Shown here one piece after another: positions 43,754-51,845 of a stretch of 64,000 bases of DNA (its first letter is position 1; each line of letters starts with the position of its first letter). Source of the stretch: Escherichia phage ECML-183-2; the sequence record OL631481.1. One strand, given 5' to 3'. The notes below the pieces were generated by a model. The model had not been told where the DNA came from. It made no database searches and was given only the letters and a program-made list of their open reading frames with translations. Both the position numbers and the translations under genes were made by a program.

Positions 43754-43772
43754 TAGTATAAGACTAAAACTT

Positions 43773-43952
43773 TTAACGATAATCATTATAGGCTTTATTG
43801 ACCTGGCGAATGTAACATTCGAAAGCAAGATCAATGTATTCGTATTCACGCACATAATCACCATAGGTCACTACATACATTTTTAAAGTTTCCTCATAAG
43901 CCAGGAGGATCGAATCTAAACCTATAATCTCAGTTTTTGCAATGATAGCCAT
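43773..43952 (-). CDS. hypothetical small protein (59 aa)
   Basis: Not in ORF track; AAAAGG RBS; hand-derived coordinates. Confidence 0.4.
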   Translation of the reverse strand: MAIIAKTEIIGLDSILLAYEETLKMYVVTYGDYVREYEYIDLAFECYIRQVNKAYNDYR

Positions 43953-43974
43953 GATGTTAACCTTTTATTGTTGG

Positions 43975-44029
43975 CGGCACCATTGCCGCCCTACGTGATA
44001 AACTATACCAGAAGTTTAAACAGTGTCAA
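43975..44029 (-). promoter_or_regulatory. PeSL-like cassette
   Basis: rc: TTGACA-15-TATAGT then GCGGCA-ATGG-TGCCGC hairpin. Confidence 0.5.
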
Positions 44030-44035
44030 CCGTTT

Positions 44036-44398
44036 TTATTCGTAAATTTTACCGCTTTCGGCCCATACCATAACGCGGCGCATACTATCCCAAGTGTTTT
44101 GATCCAGGTTTAAGCCGTGCAACTCTTCGGTACTTCCCAGACCAGGTACCGCTTTGTTGTAAGTCGCATATAAGCGCCCTTGATACTCATACGCCAGAGT
44201 AAGATCCGTTTGAATCATCTTTTTAAGCATAGCATTAAGCATCATATTAGCGGCATGTTGATCACGTTTTAGCGGTAACATGTCAATAAGGGCGCGATAA
44301 GCTGAAACATGAATATCAACCGTTTCACGTGGTAAATTTTTCATATCATCGCGGAAGGACACCAGGTTTAACATGATAGTATTGATTTGCTTGCTCAT
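44036..44398 (-). CDS. hypothetical protein (120 aa)
   Basis: ORF track; AAGGG RBS. Confidence 0.5.
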   Translation of the reverse strand: MSKQINTIMLNLVSFRDDMKNLPRETVDIHVSAYRALIDMLPLKRDQHAANMMLNAMLKKMIQTDLTLAYEYQGRLYATYNKAVPGLGSTEELHGLNLDQNTWDSMRRVMVWAESGKIYE

Positions 44399-44419
44399 TG
44401 TGTTACCCTTTTTTGTTTT

Positions 44420-44480
44420 GGCGGGGAAGTATTCCGCCGCCCTATGTGATACATCTTATCAGATTAAAAAACGTTGTCAA
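44420..44480 (-). promoter_or_regulatory. PeSL-like cassette
   Basis: rc: TTGACA-16-TAAGAT then GGCGG-loop-CCGCC hairpin. Confidence 0.55.
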
Positions 44481-44488
44481 GAATATTT

Positions 44489-44584
44489 TTAGAAAATAAT
44501 AGCCGCTACTACAATCCAAAATGGAACGGCTAGAATGATAGCGTTAATCGTTCCAACCGTCAAGCTATTTTCTTTATTAATCAT
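44489..44584 (-). CDS. small membrane protein (31 aa)
   Basis: Not in ORF track; AAGAGG RBS; hydrophobic C-terminus. Confidence 0.35.
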   Translation of the reverse strand: MINKENSLTVGTINAIILAVPFWIVVAAIIF

Positions 44585-44613
44585 TGTAAGCCTCTTGCAT
44601 AATTTCACTATGA

Positions 44614-44670
44614 GCGGCACCATTGCCGCCCTACGTGGTAAATATTATGCCAGTGGCGGCGATATGTCAA
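44614..44670 (-). promoter_or_regulatory. PeSL-like cassette
   Basis: rc: TTGACA-17-TAATAT then GCGGCA-ATGG-TGCCGC hairpin. Confidence 0.55.
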
Positions 44671-45224
44671 AGACTATTTTCAAAGTTTTCTAGTGCGATC
44701 CTTTTTTCTTCCTCTGTCGGCTGATAATCAGGAAAAGCATCAACACACAACAACGGCGGGATCTCTTCGTACTCTTCCTCTTCCGTTGTCTCCTCGTCTT
44801 CCTCCTGGGCTATGGCTGCAATTTTGGCTAATTTTCTTTCAGCTTGAATCAATTTACCATCAAGTACGTTTTTTGCCATGTTGTAAGCGGTCCAGGTGAT
44901 GCGCTTACTTTCCAGTGCTTGATCAAGCGCCGCTATCTTGCTGGGGTATTCATCCAGGACACGAAAAGCCGGATCAACTTTGTACAAAGGATTATCTTTC
45001 GCGCCGTCGCTCGCATCTTCCGCACTGGATAAATCAGCGTTACCATTTGCCAGCCAGCCAGGGCGCACATAACGCGCTTTTACGTTGCCGTTACTACGTG
45101 CTAATCTGTTACCTATTTGCTCACCACTATATCCCGTGGATTCATCGATAAGATGATCGGGAATGATGCGCGGATCATCTGCTTCATGTTTTACCCAAGA
45201 CTGGATCACATATTCGCGGCCCAT
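44667..45224 (-). CDS. hypothetical protein (185 aa), acidic C-terminus
   Basis: Track ORF trimmed to ATG; no cassette of its own, coupled to upstream gene. Confidence 0.5.
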   Translation of the reverse strand: MGREYVIQSWVKHEADDPRIIPDHLIDESTGYSGEQIGNRLARSNGNVKARYVRPGWLANGNADLSSAEDASDGAKDNPLYKVDPAFRVLDEYPSKIAALDQALESKRITWTAYNMAKNVLDGKLIQAERKLAKIAAIAQEEDEETTEEEEYEEIPPLLCVDAFPDYQPTEEEKRIALENFENSL

Positions 45225-45225
45225 A

Positions 45226-45483
45226 TTAACCACCTTTTTTCAACAATTGGCATACTTTAAAAAGACTTGCTGAATCCTTGCAAGGGTAGAAAGATGTACG
45301 ATAATCACGTACGCCAACCTTGCGGATCTCGATGTTCTCGCATGTTGTTTGATCAAAGATATTTATTTCATCACGCCCCCTTATATAAACATAGTGGGGA
45401 TGTATTAACGCATATTTTGCTAATCTGTAAAAAGCGTTATCTTTGAACGCGATCACGTGACCTTTTAATTTGATGTAAAACAT
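45226..45483 (-). CDS. hypothetical protein (85 aa)
   Basis: ORF track. Confidence 0.5.
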   Translation of the reverse strand: MFYIKLKGHVIAFKDNAFYRLAKYALIHPHYVYIRGRDEINIFDQTTCENIEIRKVGVRDYRTSFYPCKDSASLFKVCQLLKKGG

Positions 45484-45501
45484 TCTACCACCTTACAAAT
45501 A

Positions 45502-45556
45502 GCGGGAACTATTCCCGCTTTATGTAACATATTAACAAATTATTCGTTAATGTCAA
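45502..45556 (-). promoter_or_regulatory. PeSL-like cassette
   Basis: rc: TTGACA-16-TAATAT then GCGGGAA-TAG-TTCCCGC hairpin. Confidence 0.55.
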
Positions 45557-45559
45557 ACC

Positions 45560-45832
45560 TTAAAGCAAAAACGCTACATCTTGCGCTTTTAGTGTAGTAT
45601 CAACCATTTTCGGGCTTTTATAATCAACAAAGCGCGCGGTTTTTTCAATAGCGAAACCGAGATAATCTTGTTTATTGAATTTACATTCTTTCTTAAATGT
45701 TTCCCGCGCCACGGTGATCGCTGCGTCCAGGGATAAACGCCCGTCAATGTTGATATTTGCGAAAGATCCGCCACCGCTCATAGGTTTACCAGTGGTGCCA
45801 GCTACGATCATTGTTGCGCTATATGATGCCAT
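45560..45832 (-). CDS. hypothetical protein (90 aa)
   Basis: Track ORF trimmed to internal ATG. Confidence 0.5.
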   Translation of the reverse strand: MASYSATMIVAGTTGKPMSGGGSFANINIDGRLSLDAAITVARETFKKECKFNKQDYLGFAIEKTARFVDYKSPKMVDTTLKAQDVAFLL

Positions 45833-45857
45833 GATTATAATCTCTCTTCTGTTGTGA

Positions 45858-45918
45858 GCGGCTGGACCATTCCGCCGCCCTATGTGATACATCTTATCAG
45901 GTTGTTGTTTGTTGTCAA
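45858..45918 (-). promoter_or_regulatory. PeSL-like cassette
   Basis: rc: TTGACA-16-TAAGAT then GGCGG-loop-CCGCC hairpin. Confidence 0.55.
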
Positions 45919-45924
45919 TACTTT

Positions 45925-46122
45925 TTATTCTATTCCTGCAATTTGATTAACGCGCTTGCATTTTGTAGCGTGCTGGTCTTCTGTAATGACTCCCATTTCT
46001 AACAGGGAATCAATGAAAGATAAAACCGTTTCATGATCATCCTGGGGATGACTGAACTCAGTAAAACCGTTTACCACGACGCTGATTTGTCCTGCTTTCG
46101 CTACTATGTGCAATGTTGCCAT
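45925..46122 (-). CDS. hypothetical protein (65 aa)
   Basis: Track ORF trimmed to internal ATG with GGAG RBS. Confidence 0.5.
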   Translation of the reverse strand: MATLHIVAKAGQISVVVNGFTEFSHPQDDHETVLSFIDSLLEMGVITEDQHATKCKRVNQIAGIE

Positions 46123-46143
46123 GATTTTAACTCCAAATAATGA

Positions 46144-46200
46144 GCGGCACCATTGCCGCCCTACGTGGTAAATATTATGCCGCCACCTGGCGAACGTCAA
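46144..46200 (-). promoter_or_regulatory. PeSL-like cassette (last/upstream-most of array)
   Basis: rc: TTGACG-17-TAATAT then GCGGCA-ATGG-TGCCGC hairpin 46144-46159. Confidence 0.55.
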
Positions 46201-46309
46201 TCACTTTTTCAATCTTTTTTATTTTCTTTTTGCTTGCTATATATAAAAGAAAGGGCTATCATCTTTCTACCGCGCCAACCAGGGCGCACATCAAAGAAAG
46301 GGCGATACC

Positions 46310-46576
46310 ATGACAAATACTACATTACACCTTATGCACTCATTGGGCTGGCAAGGCGGCACGGTGCACCAGGTAGCAAGCGCAACGGGCTTAAAGGTTG
46401 AAACAGTTCTCAACCTGGGCGATCATAAGGTGGAAGAAATAGATCATTTTGATACGTTCGCAAATGGTTATCTATGGGCTTGCAGTGGCGGCGGGGAAAG
46501 CAAGATACCACCAGGGGCGCGGGGCGATATGTATTTTTGGTTAGGTGTCCTATCCTGGCAAGAAAACAAAAAATAA
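46310..46576 (+). CDS. hypothetical protein (88 aa) in GC-rich island
   Basis: Only plus-strand ORF in the minus block; weak RBS; local composition unlike surrounding DNA. Confidence 0.3.
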   Translation: MTNTTLHLMHSLGWQGGTVHQVASATGLKVETVLNLGDHKVEEIDHFDTFANGYLWACSGGGESKIPPGARGDMYFWLGVLSWQENKK

Positions 46577-46578
46577 TC

Positions 46579-46607
46579 TTGACAAGCCCAGGGATCGGGC
46601 TTATACT
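46579..46607 (+). promoter_or_regulatory. sigma70-type promoter of unknown target
   Basis: TTGACA-17-TATACT; downstream ~100 nt GC-rich with long-range complementarity, no ORF. Confidence 0.4.
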
Positions 46608-46838
46608 GTTTTACATACAGAAGAGGAAGCGCCACCCCACGGCGTAAAGGCGGGGCTAACATACCAGGGGGGGCACTGGTTGGAAGGTTGATCGCCGGTA
46701 GGCTGGGCGCTATATATTTGTAAAGAAATGTAAAGATAAAATAATCGCTTGCTTTCCTGGCTGGATCTGTTATTCTTATTACATGGCGAGGGGACACGGG
46801 AGCGCGAGACAAACACCGCCCCTGCGCGTCATTCTCTA

Positions 46839-46858
46839 AATGAGAATGATTATCATTT
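46839..46858. promoter_or_regulatory. Fur-box-like site
   Basis: aatgagaatgattatcattt; ~15/17 match to TGATAATGATAATCATT. Confidence 0.3.
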
Positions 46859-46898
46859 ACCTTATCAAATAAGAATCAATCTCATTTATAAACCTAAA

Positions 46899-46919
46899 TG
46901 CGAATCATTATCATTTGCA
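46899..46919. promoter_or_regulatory. Fur-box-like palindrome
   Basis: tgcgaatcattatcatttgca; contains AATCATTATCA. Confidence 0.3.
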
Positions 46920-46967
46920 TTTCCATATGAGAACTCTTCTCATTCCCATCTGCATAAATTTTTGTAA

Positions 46968-47146
46968 ACTTTAAATTTTGCTTTTGTACTTTCATTTTTG
47001 TAAAAGCAAAAAAACTTTAAATACTGTGGGCGCGCAAAATTTTTAAAATTTTCCTTGACTTTTGAGTTTTGTTTTGTATCTAACATTTTAAGATAATTTT
47101 CCTAAACTTTAAATTTTGGTTTTCAACTTTCACTTTTGTAAATTCT
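46968..47146. repeat. AT-rich direct repeats (two ~40-bp units) with inverted AAACTTTAAA/TTTAAAGTTT elements
   Basis: aaactttaaattttgcttttgtactttcatttttgtaaa vs aaactttaaattttggttttcaactttcacttttgtaaa. Confidence 0.6.
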
Positions 47147-47303
47147 TAAAAAGTTTAAATAATTTGAGGGATTTTTGAGATAATAGGTAGTGGGAATTTG
47201 AGATAACCTTTAATCTTATTAGTAGACCTTCAGGAACCCACTCAGATCGAATCCTAGTGATGCAAACTGAAAAAGACAAGGGTTTGTATAGGACAAAATA
47301 ACA

Positions 47304-47328
47304 GGCTCTCTACGGTGCTGTAGGAGCC
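47304..47328. terminator. hairpin terminator downstream of NADAR gene
   Basis: GGCTC ... GAGCC stem with T-rich tracts on both strands. Confidence 0.45.
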
Positions 47329-47384
47329 TTATTTCTGTGCTACAAAGTGACACCTTTGTTCTAAAAATGAAAAAAGTTAAAATA

Positions 47385-47927
47385 TCACAAATATCGTCTT
47401 TGCGGTATTTTGTCTGGGAAAAGTATTTCGATCAGTTTGTTATGATATTTACCTAAAAGATTTTGCCCTTTCCAGTTGACCGGATTTAGCACCCCTGGTT
47501 CATACATTCCCATTCCAATACCGTAAACCTTATCGTAAGGACTTGCTTCAACAAACGTTTTGTATTGGTAAAGGTGTAAGTCTGCATACAAATCTGGATT
47601 CTGTACATATTTCAAGCATAAACCTCGCATAACAATACGCTCACGGTTCTCTTCCCATACGTTGTTATCAAAATCCGACACTGCCCTACCCATACGTTTG
47701 TAATAAGCTTGAATCTTCTCATCTTTCCGTATCAAACTATGAGTCAGAATAGCCTGTGCAGTGTTGTGATCATTAAAAAGCAAAGCTTTACGCCACATTA
47801 TGTATTGTTCGACACAATTAAATGTCTGATTGTAACCTGGTTCGGTTTCTGTAAAGGGTGCAATATACCAATTACTAAAAACATCTTTATGTGAAAAGAA
47901 GAATACATAATCATCAGTTATTCGCAT
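47385..47927 (-). CDS. NADAR-domain (YbiA-like) protein
   Basis: 180 aa; FSNWY, EQYIMWRKA, WEENRERIVMRGL..KY.QNP.L, VEASPYD, GQNLLGK colinear with E. coli YbiA. Confidence 0.75.
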   Translation of the reverse strand: MRITDDYVFFFSHKDVFSNWYIAPFTETEPGYNQTFNCVEQYIMWRKALLFNDHNTAQAILTHSLIRKDEKIQAYYKRMGRAVSDFDNNVWEENRERIVMRGLCLKYVQNPDLYADLHLYQYKTFVEASPYDKVYGIGMGMYEPGVLNPVNWKGQNLLGKYHNKLIEILFPDKIPQRRYL

Positions 47928-48138
47928 TTTTCATACTCTCCAAAATTTCACGTTGCCCTTGCTGATAGGCTTTCATCAGAACTACTTTAAGGTTTGTCTC
48001 CAAGAGGTCTTCATTGTAATTATACCGCTCCACAACATATGTCAATTCATCATAAAGATGAAGAACGGGGTAGAATACAGGGTTATCTGCTAAACGTGCC
48101 ATAGTTTCTCCTTTGTTAATCCATCCACCAGTAGCCAT
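47914..48138 (-). CDS. hypothetical protein (74 aa)
   Basis: ORF track. Confidence 0.45.
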   Translation of the reverse strand: MATGGWINKGETMARLADNPVFYPVLHLYDELTYVVERYNYNEDLLETNLKVVLMKAYQQGQREILESMKNANN

Positions 48139-48481
48139 AAACTGCGTCTGCGTCGATGAGTTTGTGTTTGTTGTTCCGCATGTAGTCTAAGATAAGTAGA
48201 CGTTTATTGTATCTGGAGAGATTATGACCCTCTTTTCCGCCATAGTCAAAATATTTTGCAAGATCTTTACACTCAAACAAAATCAGTTCGGGAGTTTCTT
48301 CACACTGGTCTGTCTGGTACACTTGACGAATGATCATGTATACATCGTCGTCTTCCGCTAAATGCTCTACTGGTCCACATCCAGCAGGAACAAATTCATA
48401 GTCCCATCTGATCAGATGTTTCTCTACTGCTTCAAAGAAGTCCATTCTTTCGTTGCGCATAATTTGAACGTCAACTAACAT
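48116..48481 (-). CDS. hypothetical protein (121 aa)
   Basis: ORF track. Confidence 0.45.
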   Translation of the reverse strand: MLVDVQIMRNERMDFFEAVEKHLIRWDYEFVPAGCGPVEHLAEDDDVYMIIRQVYQTDQCEETPELILFECKDLAKYFDYGGKEGHNLSRYNKRLLILDYMRNNKHKLIDADAVYGYWWMD

Positions 48482-49659
48482 GTTTCCTCCTGTAATGTTC
48501 CACCATAAAGTTTATAAATGTTTTGTATTGATGCCATGCAAGATAACTCCGCTGTCTCTGTGTAGCCATCTGGCATAGCATATTTGCTCACTGCTTCCGT
48601 GTGAAGGACACGCTTACAACGCTTTTCTGCATCTTTGCATTGCTTCACAGTAGGGAAGTGCCACACTTGGCCCTGTTTCATAGTAAACACATTACGACTA
48701 TTTTGTTCTTTGATACGGCGATTACTATTATTAGCAATACCAAACTTCAGTGCACAGATAATATCTTGCTCATCGTAAATATAATTAATGTAGGCTTGTT
48801 GTTGATTTTTGTTAGCACACTGCGGACAACCTTGTCCTATGTTTAAAAGGTTGTTTGCAGTTCCTTTTTGTTCCCCATGACTCTTACATACGTATTTAAA
48901 CTTACCTATAGAAGATGGTTTGGTAATCCATCCTATCCAAACATACCCTTTCTTTTCTATTTTCTTTCTTACTTTATACGTAATCTGTTCCGCTGTATAC
49001 CTATAAGATGCAGAGCAACGGCAGGGTAAGTGTCCATATTTAAGATTGCTACGCGTCATATAAAACTTACCATCACATAGTCCAGCTTTAACATATTCAT
49101 CATGAGAACAAACAGGACACTGAACCATCCATACTGGATCACACCCTTTACGTTCCCCCGTGTTGGTGAAAATAGTGCCTTCCTTAAACTTCCCTGTAGA
49201 AAAGAAATCTGCAATATGTTGATCGTCGGGTATTGTTTGTGACCTCCTTGTGTTCTCATACCTACATATAAGACAACCACTGCCATGTTTAAAACTATCA
49301 AAACTACATGTATTCCATTCATGACCATACCTACAACGTAGCATCATTTTCGTACGCGCACCTTTAAACGGTTCTACGATACCTATGATGGTAATCCCCT
49401 TAGCTTCCGCTATTGGTTTACATTCAGTAAGGTATGTTTTTAAATCTTTAATTTGACCTGCACACATAGGACAACCACTACCACGTTTAAAACTGTTAAT
49501 ACTTGTAGTATCCCATTTATAACCACAATGACACAACAAATCAAGTTTTGTATTAACCCCTTTCCATTCTCCCGTCCATCCTAAGATTTGGATTTGCTTA
49601 CTCTCTGCTATTGGTTGACACTCTTCTTTATATTGTTCCCATGATTTTGGTGCTGCCAT
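48475..49659 (-). CDS. T5orf172 (GIY-YIG-like) domain protein with four N-terminal CxxC zinc-ribbon repeats
   Basis: Repeated W..F..GSGCP.C units; C-terminal YINYIYDEQD..KFGIANN..RR ... GYTETAEL. Confidence 0.5.
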   Translation of the reverse strand: MAAPKSWEQYKEECQPIAESKQIQILGWTGEWKGVNTKLDLLCHCGYKWDTTSINSFKRGSGCPMCAGQIKDLKTYLTECKPIAEAKGITIIGIVEPFKGARTKMMLRCRYGHEWNTCSFDSFKHGSGCLICRYENTRRSQTIPDDQHIADFFSTGKFKEGTIFTNTGERKGCDPVWMVQCPVCSHDEYVKAGLCDGKFYMTRSNLKYGHLPCRCSASYRYTAEQITYKVRKKIEKKGYVWIGWITKPSSIGKFKYVCKSHGEQKGTANNLLNIGQGCPQCANKNQQQAYINYIYDEQDIICALKFGIANNSNRRIKEQNSRNVFTMKQGQVWHFPTVKQCKDAEKRCKRVLHTEAVSKYAMPDGYTETAELSCMASIQNIYKLYGGTLQEETC

Positions 49660-49693
49660 CTGTTGCTCCTCTTATTAATCTGATATCCATACA

Positions 49694-49716
49694 AGAGAAA
49701 ACCCGCCGAAGCGGGT
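49694..49716 (-). terminator. rho-independent terminator
   Basis: rc reads AACCCGC-TTCG-GCGGGTT + TTCTCTT. Confidence 0.6.
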
Positions 49717-49734
49717 TTAATAAATCTCAACTTA

Positions 49735-50874
49735 TTAGAACACGCTACCTAATGTGGTGGAACGTTGTGTTACAGGCTCCAGCACCACTCGCAGAGTGTT
49801 TCCTGGTGTAGTGCTCATCACCAGGATCTTACCACCTTCAATCAGATCACAAGTTAGACCATCAGCAGTTGCACATAGATCAATATGTGGATCACCATCT
49901 TCATCCAGGATAACATAACTGTTGGTTTCCATTGCTTCAACTTCATCATCTTTCAAGCTTTGCAGATAGATGTTCAGGGAACAAGCACCCGACAAAAACT
50001 TAGTAGGGGTGAAGTCGTGCCAGTTATTGATCCAATTCACCTTCAGAGTTTTGCCATTAGCTACGATAGAAGCCACATTCCATTTAGCATCATTGCCTAA
50101 AGAAATACCCATCATTTCAAGGCATTCTTTAAAAGTCATTTTTGGATAGAAATTCAATTCTTCTACAATGCCTTGAATAACATCGAAAGACAACTCTGTG
50201 CTAACATCCCATAAACGTTGGAAGTTATCTACGTGTTTTTTATTTACCAAGTTCTTATCCAAGTAATCTAACATAGTTTCACTAGACAGTTTATCGTAAT
50301 TGAAACTGTAATAGATACGACTAGGACGGTTTACAAAATATTCCGAGATATAGCCGCTATTTTTAGTGAGGATGTAAAGTTTATTTCCACTTCCTGTTCC
50401 ATCCAACAAGGTCAACAGTGCTTCCTGATCTTCTTTCTTAGCGTACACTTTATCAAATTCGTCAAATAAAACAACAGCACGATCTGTAATTTTACTCATA
50501 AATTCTAAGAATCCAGCATCTGTGTAAGGCTGTGTCACCAAAATGGTTGGAATACCTAAACCTTCTGTGGACATTAGGGACATGCTAATTAGTTTAGCCA
50601 ACATCGTCTTACCACTGCCTTTTGTCCCTGTCAGTAACACCCCAGTATTTTTACCTTCTTTACTACGACGAGCAAATGTTTTAATAACATGTGCGGCGCG
50701 ATCTTTAGTTTCCCCATAAAGAGTGTTCGGAAGAGAGAAACTTTCACCACGCACTAAAGAGTAGTTACCGTGCGGATCGCAGTTGACAACCCAAACTCCA
50801 GCAGGAAGTTTATTAGCTTCAACGCCATATTCCTTATTTACAACAGCTACATCTCCAAAAATAGTGTATTTCAT
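49735..50874 (-). CDS. AAA+ ATPase
   Basis: Walker A GTKGSGKT, Walker B VVLFDEFD; ~170-aa C-terminal domain of unknown function. Confidence 0.7.
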   Translation of the reverse strand: MKYTIFGDVAVVNKEYGVEANKLPAGVWVVNCDPHGNYSLVRGESFSLPNTLYGETKDRAAHVIKTFARRSKEGKNTGVLLTGTKGSGKTMLAKLISMSLMSTEGLGIPTILVTQPYTDAGFLEFMSKITDRAVVLFDEFDKVYAKKEDQEALLTLLDGTGSGNKLYILTKNSGYISEYFVNRPSRIYYSFNYDKLSSETMLDYLDKNLVNKKHVDNFQRLWDVSTELSFDVIQGIVEELNFYPKMTFKECLEMMGISLGNDAKWNVASIVANGKTLKVNWINNWHDFTPTKFLSGACSLNIYLQSLKDDEVEAMETNSYVILDEDGDPHIDLCATADGLTCDLIEGGKILVMSTTPGNTLRVVLEPVTQRSTTLGSVF

Positions 50875-51230
50875 TAGAACGTTTCTCCTTTTAAAATAAT
50901 TACTGTAAACTTTGCAGTTTTTTCACTCTTAATATTCTTGACTAATAAGTATTCTCCTCCAAGGGCATCTTTGTATTGTTTAATAGCTACTATTTCATTT
51001 TTGCAAGTAGCTATAATCGAATAAAAAGGACGTTCCGTGTTATCTTCTTTTCCTGTATATGCCTCAACATCTTTGCACTCTTCTAGAACACCATTCCCAG
51101 GTGTATAGTAAAACTTGTTGCCTGTGATCACAACATCTTTACCAATATCCGTTTTAACTGCTACAAATTTTTGAGCGTAAGTGGTGAAGCTTACGGTAGC
51201 CAGCAATGTGGCTAAGATTAATTTTTTCAT
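50874..51230 (-). CDS. secreted/lipoprotein-like protein
   Basis: Trimmed to ATG with AGGAGGG RBS; MKKLILATLLATVSFTTYA signal-peptide-like. Confidence 0.5.
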   Translation of the reverse strand: MKKLILATLLATVSFTTYAQKFVAVKTDIGKDVVITGNKFYYTPGNGVLEECKDVEAYTGKEDNTERPFYSIIATCKNEIVAIKQYKDALGGEYLLVKNIKSEKTAKFTVIILKGETF

Positions 51231-51241
51231 AAACTTCCCTC

Positions 51242-51406
51242 CTATTCCCACAACATACAAATCGCAGCGACAAACATATTAGCAATAGCCGCACCAAGAA
51301 CTATAAACATCGCCAGTTCAGAACAATATTCACCAACCAGAGGGGATACTATTGCACAAAGTAGTCCCAATGTCAAACACAAATTGATGATGAAGTTTAA
51401 AATCAT
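51242..51406 (-). CDS. small membrane protein (54 aa)
   Basis: Not in ORF track; AAGGAGAG RBS; two hydrophobic segments. Confidence 0.4.
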   Translation of the reverse strand: MILNFIINLCLTLGLLCAIVSPLVGEYCSELAMFIVLGAAIANMFVAAICMLWE

Positions 51407-51415
51407 ATTCTCTCC

Positions 51416-51580
51416 TTACAACCAACCCTTTGCCTGGTAGCCTTTAGAAAATCCATCTTCCCATTCTTCGAATTCCTTTTTGTGTGTCATTGGACAATAT
51501 GGATTTACTTTATTAAACATACCAAACTTGAACCCTGCGGTATACCCCTTCTTAAAAGCTATTGATTCTAAAGAGATCAT
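51416..51580 (-). CDS. hypothetical protein (54 aa)
   Basis: Track ORF trimmed to internal ATG with AGGAGA RBS. Confidence 0.4.
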   Translation of the reverse strand: MISLESIAFKKGYTAGFKFGMFNKVNPYCPMTHKKEFEEWEDGFSKGYQAKGWL

Positions 51581-51593
51581 ATTCTTTCTCCTC

Positions 51594-51845
51594 TTAGAAC
51601 TCGACAATTATTTTGTCTAAGTGTTCTGCTTCAACTTGGGATAATGTTAACACCTGCACCAAACCTCTGTCAATGCCTAATTTGATCACTTGCAAATAAT
51701 CGCCAAAAAGATCAGAGATTTCAATCTGGTGTTCAGTAACCACCACGACCTCGTTACCCTTGGTATACTCTCTCCAGATTCGTCCACACTTGTAAATGAA
51801 ATCTTTCTGGTCTTCACTGATCATCTTAGGCTTAACGCTTAACAT
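51594..51845 (-). CDS. hypothetical protein (83 aa)
   Basis: ORF track. Confidence 0.45.
   Translation of the reverse strand: MLSVKPKMISEDQKDFIYKCGRIWREYTKGNEVVVVTEHQIEISDLFGDYLQVIKLGIDRGLVQVLTLSQVEAEHLDKIIVEF

Larger units (their letters stand above)
36654..46200 (-). repeat. array of 23 dispersed promoter + stem-loop cassettes, each preceding a small ORF
   Basis: Same architecture repeated every 200-600 bp; hairpin stems differ but remain paired. Confidence 0.7.

Noticed and set aside
36654-46200. CRISPR array (regular GC-rich repeats with palindromic cores)
   Set aside because: Intervals are 200-600 bp protein-coding genes with RBS and start codons; each repeat contains a -35/-10 promoter; stems vary in sequence; no cas genes.
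46468-46816. Track ORFs of 114 and 71 aa on the minus strand in the GC-rich island
   Set aside because: Pro/Ala/Arg-rich low-complexity translations typical of spurious frames in GC-rich DNA; no RBS; they overlap each other and the plus-strand ORF.
49735-50874. Clamp-loader gp44 identity for the AAA+ ATPase
   Set aside because: Walker A/B are present but the SRC arginine-finger motif and neighbouring clamp genes are absent; kept as generic AAA+ ATPase.
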